Virus record (IMG/VR): IMGVR_UViG_3300030106_002463
Coordinates: 1 to 59,362 of that record
DNA from: a virus
Lineage: Duplodnaviria > Caudoviricetes
Strand: one strand, 5' to 3'
DNA: 59,362 nucleotides
Positions 37,240 to 44,545 of this stretch are shown here, in pieces (within the stretch, counting starts at the first letter, position 1; every line of letters starts with the position of its first letter). The notes beneath the pieces were generated by a model that saw only the letters and a program-made list of their open reading frames with translations, searched no databases and had not been told where the DNA came from. Made by a program: the position numbers and the translations under genes.

Positions 37240-37422
37240 TTACCCCTTCGTAAGCTCACTCTGGGAGACGTGTCGGTAGGACTCGCCATCCTTCACCGCC
37301 CAGACCATTCGCTTCTTCCCTTTGTCCACAACCATAAGCCTGACAGCCTTCTGGTTGGGATCGCTCCGAAGCAACCACTCGCGATTGATCGAAGCTCCCT
37401 TCCTGTTTTTAATGCCACCCAT
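37240..37422 (-). CDS. Small hypothetical early protein
   Basis: GAAAGGG ribosome-binding site; 60 aa. Confidence 0.55.
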   Translation of the reverse strand: MGGIKNRKGASINREWLLRSDPNQKAVRLMVVDKGKKRMVWAVKDGESYRHVSQSELTKG

Positions 37423-37452
37423 GATACACCCTTTCCTTTCTATTGCAAGCCC

Positions 37453-38814
37453 TTAGTTTGCCTCTACCCGGATGGATCGACCGAAGTCACGGGGCGTAGC
37501 CCACCAGCCACCACGTCGCTGGGGAACCTCGACCCAAAGCACCGGCACACCCGGATCATTCGGGCATCGGAAGAACTCCATGTCAGAGATAACGATAATC
37601 CCGTTGACCTCAAGGTTCTCTTCGACGTACCGGAGAGCCATGTCGATGTCAGTCCCACCGGCAGCCCGCCGCCCCACCTGTGCAGGGAACTCGACCCCCT
37701 GCTCGTAGGAATCGCACGATACGATCCGGTGGTCGAAGACTACGACGTGAGCCATCGAAGGCTGAGCCACGTCAACGATTGACTTGGTTTCCTCAAGTGC
37801 GAGATCGAACATCGCCATGTCCATCGACCCGGAGGAGTCCACGAGGATCGCAATCTCCTCGGACTCCGGGATAACCGAAGGCATGTGAATGCCCATCGAT
37901 GCGTACCGCTTGTTGGGCTTCGTCCAACTCAAGTACCCATCGAATCCGGTCATCGCTTGCTCCACAAAGTCAGCAAGCTCAGCCCGCCAGTCTACGCGAG
38001 ACTTGGCAGCGATATCTCGGACGTGATTCTCGATAGATTCGGGAAGCTTCCCGCTGAGAGAAGCCGATGCCAGCGCGTTTTCCTGACGGATCGTATCCTC
38101 GAATTCAGCATCGCTGATTTCCTCAGGAGTCAACTCGCCGGGATCGACAACCTCGCCCCACTCGCTGATATCCGGCACCTCGTAGTCCTCGATGCCAGAG
38201 ACCTGTTCGCCTCGGTTCAGCCCCTCGTCCTTTCCGATAGGCTGTTCGTCAGAATCCTCCTCGTCTTCAGCATTCTCTCCTTCGGGCTCGCTCGGCTGGT
38301 CGGGCTTGTCCACACCGATGGACCCACCTCCCGGCGGTCCTTCGGGCTCGCCGTCCTCGCAAGGCTTACCCCCCGGCCCTTCGGGCTCCTCCACCTGAAT
38401 GTCCTTCAGGTAACGATAGATCTGCTCCATCGTCATCTCTGCAAACTGCGGATCGCAGAGTGCGTTATCGAGGATCGGGACGTTCGCCTTCTTAAGAAGG
38501 TTGTTCGCCTCCTGATCGGTAGCCTGCTGAACCAACTCCTTATCCTCAAGCTTGATGGATCGGGAGAAGTGCTTCAGGAAGACGTGCGCCCACTCGTGAA
38601 GCACAACGAACTCGACTTGGAAAGCATCGAGAGCGTTGATGAAGTGGGGGTTAACCCACATCGTGTTGCCATCAGTAGCAGCAGTCTTCACGTTGGTAGT
38701 CACGACGACACGCATCTTCGACACGTCGCCTTCGATCATCGGGAAGTCCAGCATTGCATGGATCTTCCCTCGATCCACCTTATCCATAATGTCATCGACC
38801 TTGATCGAATCCAT
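37453..38814 (-). CDS. HExxH metallopeptidase plus vWA domain protein (DUF2201-like)
   Basis: TAATDG, VLHEWAH, acidic linker, MIDAS DSSGSM, GGTD, ISD; start refined to MDSIK after GAAAGGGG. Confidence 0.88.
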   Translation of the reverse strand: MDSIKVDDIMDKVDRGKIHAMLDFPMIEGDVSKMRVVVTTNVKTAATDGNTMWVNPHFINALDAFQVEFVVLHEWAHVFLKHFSRSIKLEDKELVQQATDQEANNLLKKANVPILDNALCDPQFAEMTMEQIYRYLKDIQVEEPEGPGGKPCEDGEPEGPPGGGSIGVDKPDQPSEPEGENAEDEEDSDEQPIGKDEGLNRGEQVSGIEDYEVPDISEWGEVVDPGELTPEEISDAEFEDTIRQENALASASLSGKLPESIENHVRDIAAKSRVDWRAELADFVEQAMTGFDGYLSWTKPNKRYASMGIHMPSVIPESEEIAILVDSSGSMDMAMFDLALEETKSIVDVAQPSMAHVVVFDHRIVSCDSYEQGVEFPAQVGRRAAGGTDIDMALRYVEENLEVNGIIVISDMEFFRCPNDPGVPVLWVEVPQRRGGWWATPRDFGRSIRVEAN

Positions 38815-38827
38815 TTCGTTCCCCTTT

Positions 38828-39706
38828 CTATTGTTCCAATCCGAACATCTCAAAGTTATTGGCAATCTCGTCAGCCTTATCGGCAATCACATTGCGAAGC
38901 GGCTCGGAGTCCTTCAACTGCCGCTCGTCGAACTGCACCAGATTGTCGAGGATTTCTTTCTGGATGAGAGAAATCATCTCGTCGTCAGTGAAGTTGACCT
39001 TCGAGAGAAGCTCAGCATTTTCCTTTACGTTCGTGACGAGGGTCTTCCTGAATGCGGAGTCGCGTCCCGCTTCGGGATCGTAGTCCCGGAGGGACTTGCT
39101 CATCTTCAGAAGAGACTTGTAAGTAGGCACCAGAGAATCTGTCACCGACTTCTTCAGAGACTTCTCAAGGCTCTCGCGAACGTCATCCACAAACTCGTTG
39201 TCGAAGACATCGAGTAGATCGTCAGGATTCTCAACTGCCCGAGGCTTGATGAGTTCGAAGCTGAAAGATGCTCGGAACTCTTCCTTACTCGGAATCTCAC
39301 CTTCCTTGAAGAGATTCCCGGAGAAGTCCTTCACCTCCTCCAGCATCGAATCGAAACCGAACATAATGGTATCGATCCCAGCCTCAACCGAACGCTCCGC
39401 CATTCGGAAGTCGTTGCAGTATTCCTTAATGACGGGAGCCTTGCCGATACCCTCACCCTTCGCAGCTCGCTCGAAAGGAACAAGCCGCTGCCTGTGGTAC
39501 TTCGCCCACTTGTTTCGCTCCTGCGTGAAGGGGCGGAGATACTTCGCCGGAACAATCCGTCGGGTGAAAGTACCCACGTCAGCCGTTGCGTTATACGCAC
39601 TCGCAACAGCATCGACTCCTCGTTCGTCTTTTGTGCCACCCGTAGGCGCACTCGTTCGATAACCCGCGATCATCAAACCGCGAGACTTGTTTTCGTCAAT
39701 CATCAT
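38828..39706 (-). CDS. Helical early protein (DUF3150-like) associated with the AAA/vWA module
   Basis: Start refined to MMIDENK behind a promoter cassette; P...E....FSF motif. Confidence 0.55.
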   Translation of the reverse strand: MMIDENKSRGLMIAGYRTSAPTGGTKDERGVDAVASAYNATADVGTFTRRIVPAKYLRPFTQERNKWAKYHRQRLVPFERAAKGEGIGKAPVIKEYCNDFRMAERSVEAGIDTIMFGFDSMLEEVKDFSGNLFKEGEIPSKEEFRASFSFELIKPRAVENPDDLLDVFDNEFVDDVRESLEKSLKKSVTDSLVPTYKSLLKMSKSLRDYDPEAGRDSAFRKTLVTNVKENAELLSKVNFTDDEMISLIQKEILDNLVQFDERQLKDSEPLRNVIADKADEIANNFEMFGLEQ

Positions 39707-39763
39707 GAACCCCTTTCGTTCAATGAGGGTATGATAGCATACCCTTGACCCCTTGTCAACCCC
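39707..39763 (-). promoter_or_regulatory. Early promoter cassette A
   Basis: TTGACA-17-TATCAT with extended TG; GAAAGGGG RBS. Confidence 0.9.
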
Positions 39764-40848
39764 TAGTAGATAAGATGCGTGTTCGTCCTCATCCACTGGA
39801 GGAAACTGTCAGTCTTACCGATGCGAGACTCGACAGCATCGTTAGCGAAAACCGCCCGACAAACCGTCGGGAGTTTATCCACCCACCCGAGGATGTTCTT
39901 CACGTTCGAAGAGTCACCCTTCTCGACAAGCTTCGTGATAGTGGCGAGAGCCACGTCCGCATCAGACTCACCGGGAGCGGGAACATTCATCCCGTTCAGA
40001 ATCCCAGCGATATCAGGAAGGCGAGCGAAGATCCCGAGGAAGGCGACCATGCGGGCCGCATCCTCCTCGCCCAGCTCACCCTTTGCGAATCGGTAGACTC
40101 GCTTGTCATCACCGACCAGACCAATCTCATCTGCGCTTCGAGCATCCTTCCGGGTTCCCGTTACCTCGCAGCCCGAAGACTTGAGGATGTCAGCGAACGC
40201 CGTGATGGATCGCCCCGTAGCCTGCTGCCCGTTCATCCGACCATCGAACTTCTCGATAAGATCCTTATGGAAATTGCAGGCTGCGATGACACGTCGATCG
40301 ACTCCGTTGCGTCGAGCCCACTTCGTCCAGTCCTCGACCGAAGGAAGCCACTCGACACTATTGAACCGATCATCGAGAGCCCGAGGGAGTTTCCTCACAC
40401 CACACCCGTCCTCGATACGGTTAGACGTGGCAACGATATCCCACCCATCGGGAAGCACCTGATCCCGGATGCGACGTTCAGCAGTCAACTGATAGATCGC
40501 AGGGAAGTGAACCTGCTGGGCGTTGCCCAACTCCTCGATAACAAGGATCCCATGAGGCTCGTCCACCGGAAACCAATCCGGTCGGAGCCACGTCGTCACC
40601 TTGTTTTCGATATCGAGATAGGGCATCCCCTTGATCTCGGTAGGATCTTCCATCGAGAGACGGAAGTCTCGGTATCCCATCTCCTCGGGAGAGATCCCAT
40701 GATCCTTCCGGCGGGCCTCGAAAATCTCGCCACCCGGAGCGAGAGACATGGACTTGTTACACCCCGGCGGCCCCTCGACCTTTGCGGCCCGTCCCGCCCG
40801 GAGGACATCAAGTACCTGTTGCGTAGCCTCTTCAGTCAATCCCATCAC
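39763..40848 (-). CDS. MoxR-like AAA+ ATPase
   Basis: GPPGCNKS (Walker A variant), DPTEIKGMP, LVIEE, IVATSNR, ALDDRF. Confidence 0.88.
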   Translation of the reverse strand: MMGLTEEATQQVLDVLRAGRAAKVEGPPGCNKSMSLAPGGEIFEARRKDHGISPEEMGYRDFRLSMEDPTEIKGMPYLDIENKVTTWLRPDWFPVDEPHGILVIEELGNAQQVHFPAIYQLTAERRIRDQVLPDGWDIVATSNRIEDGCGVRKLPRALDDRFNSVEWLPSVEDWTKWARRNGVDRRVIAACNFHKDLIEKFDGRMNGQQATGRSITAFADILKSSGCEVTGTRKDARSADEIGLVGDDKRVYRFAKGELGEEDAARMVAFLGIFARLPDIAGILNGMNVPAPGESDADVALATITKLVEKGDSSNVKNILGWVDKLPTVCRAVFANDAVESRIGKTDSFLQWMRTNTHLIY

Positions 40849-40907
40849 AAACCCCTTTCGTTTGATGAGTCACAATCCTAGCACAAGGTTAACCCCTTGT
40901 CAACCCC
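40849..40907 (-). promoter_or_regulatory. Early promoter cassette B
   Basis: TTGACA-17-TAGGAT; GAAAGGGG RBS. Confidence 0.9.
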
Positions 40908-41100
40908 TTGTGTTTAATCTTTCTGGTGTACCCCTTGCCACCCTTCTTCGTTCCATGTCGGCCACCCTGAGGGAGTTGCATTTTGCGACTCGCTCTCCGC
41001 ATAGCCTTGGCGATTTCTTCGTTATCCATCTTCGCCATATTGCATTCCTTTCGACTTCGCCCGATGCGAGCAAGTCCTTCTCTGAAGTAGTTCCTCGCAC
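40900..41100 (-). CDS. Small Arg-rich hypothetical protein
   Basis: Follows the micro-peptide trio; its stop TGA lies inside the -35 box of cassette B. Confidence 0.4.
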   Translation of the reverse strand: MRGTTSEKDLLASGEVERNAIWRRWITKKSPRLCGERVAKCNSLRVADMERRRVARGTPERLNTRG

Positions 41101-41108
41101 CTCACGAT

Positions 41109-41213
41109 CTAATTCTGGATGATGGATTCAATCAAGTACCAGAGCATCCCTGCCTGAATCACGATCGTGATGATTCCCCATACCATGAGTGCGTCAGCTA
41201 TCCACTTACGCAT
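41109..41213 (-). CDS. 34-aa single-pass membrane peptide
   Basis: MRKWIADALMVWGIITIVIQAGMLWYLIESIIQN*. Confidence 0.6.
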   Translation of the reverse strand: MRKWIADALMVWGIITIVIQAGMLWYLIESIIQN

Positions 41214-41295
41214 TGAAGTACCAGAGAACAATCGTTTCGATAAAGATTGCGATGGCTCCCACCACCATTATTGCTTCACTCATTAGGGGGTTCAT
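41206..41295 (-). CDS. 29-aa single-pass membrane peptide
   Basis: MNPLMSEAIMVVGAIAIFIETIVLWYFNA*; TAATG coupling and GGGAGG Shine-Dalgarno. Confidence 0.6.
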   Translation of the reverse strand: MNPLMSEAIMVVGAIAIFIETIVLWYFNA

Positions 41296-41375
41296 TACAT
41301 GAACCTCCCCAGCATCAAGTGAATCGAGAGCAGCGTGATATACGCAAACCCCATACACATAAGAAAATCAATCAT
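41295..41375 (-). CDS. 26-aa hydrophobic peptide
   Basis: MIDFLMCMGFAYITLLSIHLMLGRFM*; first ORF behind cassette C. Confidence 0.55.
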   Translation of the reverse strand: MIDFLMCMGFAYITLLSIHLMLGRFM

Positions 41376-41382
41376 CCCTCTC

Positions 41383-41437
41383 ACCCCCTTCGTTCGATAG
41401 GACAATGGTAGCATACCGCTACCCCTTTGTCAACCCC
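41383..41437 (-). promoter_or_regulatory. Early promoter cassette C
   Basis: TTGACA-17-TACCAT; leader ATCGAACGAAGGGGG. Confidence 0.9.
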
Positions 41438-41634
41438 TCTTCAATCGTTCCGACAATCCGCTTGGCGATATCCTCACCGAAGTAAATGGTAGACACGTTG
41501 CCATCAGACCCGATCAATTCGATTCCAAACCTTTCGACACTTCCGTCATTGAAGACTCGGATTTCACCACTCTCATCACGAGACTTGAAGTCCGTCCCGT
41601 TTTCGAAGTAAACGATCTCGCAATCAGTCTGCAC
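41419..41634 (-). CDS. Acidic hypothetical early protein
   Basis: AAAGGGG RBS; its stop lies inside cassette C. Confidence 0.65.
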   Translation of the reverse strand: MQTDCEIVYFENGTDFKSRDESGEIRVFNDGSVERFGIELIGSDGNVSTIYFGEDIAKRIVGTIEEGLTKG

Positions 41635-41955
41635 TTAGTTCCCCTTTCCCTCATTGAACCATGCTTCCAGCGAGTACGGTTCCCACTCCTCGACTTCCCC
41701 CATGAGGGAGACAATCTCGGACGCATCGACCTCGATGAAATTGTCCGCGTGATTTTTTCCTCGACACTGTACAAAGAAGTCGTCAGTCACATATCGCCCC
41801 GTGCGCTCGTCAACTACACCGACCTCTACTTTGTCGGGATTGACGTTGCTATCGACGATGGTGATGGTGACGCCGTTGTCGAACGTGGCATACACCTTTG
41901 TGAAAACTTGACGCCCCTCGCATAGCTCGCTGCGCTCAATTCTTACGCTACTCAC
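41635..41955 (-). CDS. Acidic hypothetical early protein
   Basis: First ORF behind cassette D. Confidence 0.75.
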   Translation of the reverse strand: MSSVRIERSELCEGRQVFTKVYATFDNGVTITIVDSNVNPDKVEVGVVDERTGRYVTDDFFVQCRGKNHADNFIEVDASEIVSLMGEVEEWEPYSLEAWFNEGKGN

Positions 41956-41957
41956 TT

Positions 41958-42016
41958 GAACCCCTTTCGTTCAGTATGGGGAGAGCATAGCACATGCTCC
42001 CCCCATTGTCAACCCC
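41958..42016 (-). promoter_or_regulatory. Early promoter cassette D
   Basis: TTGACA-17-TATGCT; 11-bp stem GGGGGGAGCAT/ATGCTCTCCCC. Confidence 0.9.
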
Positions 42017-42685
42017 CTATCGATTCGTCCACCGCTGGCGGCACACGGGGCCGATACCCAATTCGACAGACTTCTTTTCAGTAAGCTCTCGACCGCAGGC
42101 GGAGCAGGCTCCCGAAGCTTTTCCGTGGTCACGCAGGGTGCCATCGGGGTCAGCGTTCAGAGCGCGTAGCATTTCCACCACACCCTCCGGGCAGTCCTTA
42201 CTCGGGGTGAATTCCCCATCCCGGTCGATCTTCCCGAAATACTTCCGATCCGGCGAGTAGAAATCCTTCACGCCGTTATCGAGGAAGACGCATCCCGGAT
42301 TCTTGGATCGGTCGCCAGCCCTCCGGGCTTTAACTTCGATCCCGTCCACCATGAAGCGAAGCTTCGGGTACTTGATAGACTCCGCAGCCTTATCGAAGAG
42401 TGCGATGACTCCCGGCACGCTTTCGCCACTCACCTTCGGCCCTTCCATGATGGCCTCGTTCGTGTCGAAGAAGTCCCGCAGGAATGCGTCCGCAGTCTCC
42501 CGATTCAGTTGCTCCATCTTCTTTCGGATGATCCACTCCGAGACGTAGGTTTTACCTCCCTCCTCTCGGATCATCTTCTTAGGGATGAAGACTCGTTCCC
42601 GTCGTCCACCATCCTGCACATCGAATGCGATTGCTTTGGCCGACTCCCATACCGGGAGATCCGTTGCCAGAAAATATGCGTTCAT
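42017..42685 (-). CDS. Early protein with C-terminal DUF6011-like Zn finger
   Basis: CSACGRELT...SVELGIGPVC; start refined to MNAYF behind cassette E. Confidence 0.8.
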   Translation of the reverse strand: MNAYFLATDLPVWESAKAIAFDVQDGGRRERVFIPKKMIREEGGKTYVSEWIIRKKMEQLNRETADAFLRDFFDTNEAIMEGPKVSGESVPGVIALFDKAAESIKYPKLRFMVDGIEVKARRAGDRSKNPGCVFLDNGVKDFYSPDRKYFGKIDRDGEFTPSKDCPEGVVEMLRALNADPDGTLRDHGKASGACSACGRELTEKKSVELGIGPVCRQRWTNR

Positions 42686-42688
42686 CGT

Positions 42689-42748
42689 AAACCCCTTTCG
42701 TTTGTTCGATGAGACAAGCTTAGCACAAGCTTGCCACCTTGTCAACCC
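42689..42748 (-). promoter_or_regulatory. Early promoter cassette E
   Basis: TTGACA-17-TAAGCT; GAAAGGGG RBS. Confidence 0.9.
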
Positions 42749-42753
42749 TGTGG

Positions 42754-43053
42754 CTAAAGCCACTTACCCGCGTCGTCAACCCATCCCCAAGAGACGTAGT
42801 AGTCCCCGTCGAAAGCCACGGCGATCTTCGCGCGTGCCCCTCTGCTTCCATCTACGTTCACGAATCTATCGAGGAAAGCGTTGGCGGCAGCCTCCACGTT
42901 GGCCGCAGGGTCCAGCCCATACTCCCAAGATACCTTGATACTCTGTGCGGGGATGTCCTCCCCCCACTTCTCGCGACTCGCTACGAGATGCTGCCCCCGG
43001 TAGTTCGTAGGTCCGTAGAACTTGACCTTGATACCCGCTCGCGATTCCATCAT
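42754..43053 (-). CDS. Hypothetical early protein
   Basis: IKVKFYGPTNYRG motif; start refined behind cassette F. Confidence 0.75.
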   Translation of the reverse strand: MMESRAGIKVKFYGPTNYRGQHLVASREKWGEDIPAQSIKVSWEYGLDPAANVEAAANAFLDRFVNVDGSRGARAKIAVAFDGDYYVSWGWVDDAGKWL

Positions 43054-43055
43054 AT

Positions 43056-43112
43056 GAACCCCTTTCGTTCGATGAGACAAGCTTAGCACATTGTGTGCCC
43101 CTTGTCAACCCC
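43056..43112 (-). promoter_or_regulatory. Early promoter cassette F
   Basis: TTGACA-17-TAAGCT; GAAAGGGG RBS. Confidence 0.9.
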
Positions 43113-43337
43113 TTAGAGATACGCGGTGAAATCACCCTGATCGCGCACCTCTACGCTGTAACCCGTCTTCCCGTTTTCATCCCGCAGGATGGAAATCTCA
43201 TATCCTTCGGGGAGTTCCGTGGTTTTCACCACACGGTAAGTCCAGTCGGGATCGTCCCAGTTACACTGGCGTGCGATTTCGCAGGCTTCCCCGTAGGGAA
43301 GAGACGTGGCTCGATTGCTCTCGATGCTGTTATTCAT
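43113..43337 (-). CDS. Hypothetical early protein
   Basis: Exactly fills the interval between cassettes G and F. Confidence 0.75.
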   Translation of the reverse strand: MNNSIESNRATSLPYGEACEIARQCNWDDPDWTYRVVKTTELPEGYEISILRDENGKTGYSVEVRDQGDFTAYL

Positions 43338-43340
43338 CGT

Positions 43341-43394
43341 GAACCCCTTTCGTTTGATGAGGATACGTTAGCACATCCTCACCCCCTTGTCAAC
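43341..43394 (-). promoter_or_regulatory. Early promoter cassette G
   Basis: TTGACA-17-TAACGT; stem TGAGGATGTG/CGTATCCTCA. Confidence 0.9.
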
Positions 43395-43604
43395 TGGGGG
43401 CGAACCCCCTCGGTAGTCTCCCCGGCGGTGGACTCGTCCCATTCGCGTGGGTATTTCACCACGTTACTAACGAGTCCCCCAGAGGAGGGTCTGCGTGCTT
43501 TTCACCACGGTGGGTACACGTCATGCGTGCTTTCCACCACGATGGGCTGGCATCGTCAGGATGTGGGTACCACCCCACACCGATCCCCGTGAGGGGATTT
43601 CGCC
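43395..43604 (-). ncRNA. Candidate structured non-coding RNA (about 210 nt)
   Basis: No ORF with an RBS; three related CGTG-GTG(G/A)AA..-CACG hairpins plus flanking GC-rich hairpins. Confidence 0.45.
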
Positions 43605-43790
43605 TTATCGGTTCCGATTCTTCCGGGCGTGCCGTCGCTTGCTCAGCGCGTACTTCGCCGCTCGTCGCGCGAGGGTTCCCCCTTCGGGCTTCACCTTCAT
43701 GCTTGCTCGCGGGATCCCGTAGGCTCGTCCCGGCGGGCACACCTCTACCTCTACCATTCCCGCGTCGATCATTTCCTGAACTGTCATCAT
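43605..43790 (-). CDS. Small basic early protein
   Basis: MMTVQEMIDAG... behind cassette H. Confidence 0.7.
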   Translation of the reverse strand: MMTVQEMIDAGMVEVEVCPPGRAYGIPRASMKVKPEGGTLARRAAKYALSKRRHARKNRNR

Positions 43791-43851
43791 GAACCCCTTT
43801 CGTTCGTCGATGGTGGGGAGCTTAGCACATCGAAGCCCCCTTGTCAACCCC
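43791..43851 (-). promoter_or_regulatory. Early promoter cassette H
   Basis: TTGACA-17-TAAGCT; GAAAGGGG RBS. Confidence 0.9.
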
Positions 43852-43855
43852 TAGT

Positions 43856-44068
43856 CTACGGTCGGACTCGGCACCCGTGTTCGTCGTACTTCTGGACGAA
43901 GCACTTTCGCCCCAGCTTCGCGAAGGCATCAACAATCTGCTCCGCCTGCTCGTGGGTGTAGTTCACCCCAAGATCAGCCCAGCCTCCCCGAAGGGTGTCC
44001 TGACCTTCGTGGCCTCCCACCTCAGTGAAATCCACGCCCTCAGCCCAAACCTTGATTCGCAGTCTCAT
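43856..44068 (-). CDS. Hypothetical early protein
   Basis: MRLRIKVWAEG... behind cassette I. Confidence 0.7.
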   Translation of the reverse strand: MRLRIKVWAEGVDFTEVGGHEGQDTLRGGWADLGVNYTHEQAEQIVDAFAKLGRKCFVQKYDEHGCRVRP

Positions 44069-44072
44069 GATA

Positions 44073-44128
44073 GATCCCTTTCGTTCGATGGGGATACAGT
44101 AGCACACTGTCGCCCCTTTGTCAACCCC
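44073..44128 (-). promoter_or_regulatory. Early promoter cassette I
   Basis: TTGACA-17-TACTGT; GAAAGGGA RBS. Confidence 0.9.
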
Positions 44129-44286
44129 TACCTGACGAGCGTGGCTTCCTGCCCACAGTCCCGACACTTCCGCACCTCGGGCTCGTTCCGGAGTCCACCC
44201 CGGCACCAGAGCATTGCGTTGTAATTCCCACACTTCGGGCAGGACGGCTCGTCATTGTTTTCGTAAGAGCAAGTCATCGTTTCCAA
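44128..44286 (-). CDS. Small Zn-ribbon early protein (CPKC...CRDC)
   Basis: TTG or ATG start behind cassette J; stop abuts cassette I. Confidence 0.7.
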   Translation of the reverse strand: METMTCSYENNDEPSCPKCGNYNAMLWCRGGLRNEPEVRKCRDCGQEATLVR

Positions 44287-44290
44287 GACA

Positions 44291-44346
44291 GATCCCTTTC
44301 GTTTGATGGGGAGAAGATAGCACATCCTCGCCCCTTTGTCAACCCC
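44291..44346 (-). promoter_or_regulatory. Early promoter cassette J
   Basis: TTGACA-17-TATCTT; GAAAGGGA RBS. Confidence 0.9.
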
Positions 44347-44348
44347 GT

Positions 44349-44432
44349 GGGCTTTCGCCCTCGTTCGGGGAGCCTTTGGCTGCCCCTTCGCCCGTAGCCC
44401 CGTCACGTCTCGCGTGGTGCGCTTCGTTCGAT
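44349..44432 (-). ncRNA. Candidate small RNA 1 (cassette K cargo)
   Basis: Promoter without RBS or ORF; hairpins CACG-CGAGA-CGTG, GGGGCAGCC-AAA-GGCTCCCC and GGGC-GAAA-GCCC. Confidence 0.55.
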
Positions 44433-44471
44433 GGGGGCATTGTAGCCTATCGGTCGCCCCTTGTCAACCCC
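44423..44471 (-). promoter_or_regulatory. Early promoter cassette K
   Basis: TTGACA-17-TACAAT; leader ATCGAACGAAG lacking the GGGG RBS. Confidence 0.88.
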
Positions 44472-44545
44472 TGATCCAGCGGGGTGCCGGTGGCTCCCCT
44501 ACGAACGTCGCTTCGTCACGTCTCGCGTGGTGTGTGTCGCTCGAT
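44472..44545 (-). ncRNA. Candidate small RNA 2 (cassette L cargo), paralogue of small RNA 1
   Basis: Shares the exact 19-mer CACCACGCGAGACGTGACG and a GGGG.AGCC-N3-GGC.CCCCG hairpin. Confidence 0.55.

Noticed and set aside
37420-37452. Thirteenth promoter cassette
   Set aside because: TTGCAA-16-TATCAT is present, but the leader and hairpin are missing and the -10 box overlaps the start codon; at most a degenerate copy
37885-40881. Long plus-strand ORFs 37885-38967 and 39745-40881
   Set aside because: Antisense shadows of the vWA and ATPase genes; those genes avoid TTA-type codons, which removes opposite-strand stops
43525-43565. Hammerhead ribozyme (CTGACGA...GAAA on the minus strand)
   Set aside because: The core is not followed by stem II immediately closed by GAAA, and stems I and III could not be built
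38828-44406. ORF-track N-terminal extensions such as ...ERKGF-M in several early genes
   Set aside because: These are translations through the promoter cassette; real starts follow the GAAAGGGG RBS
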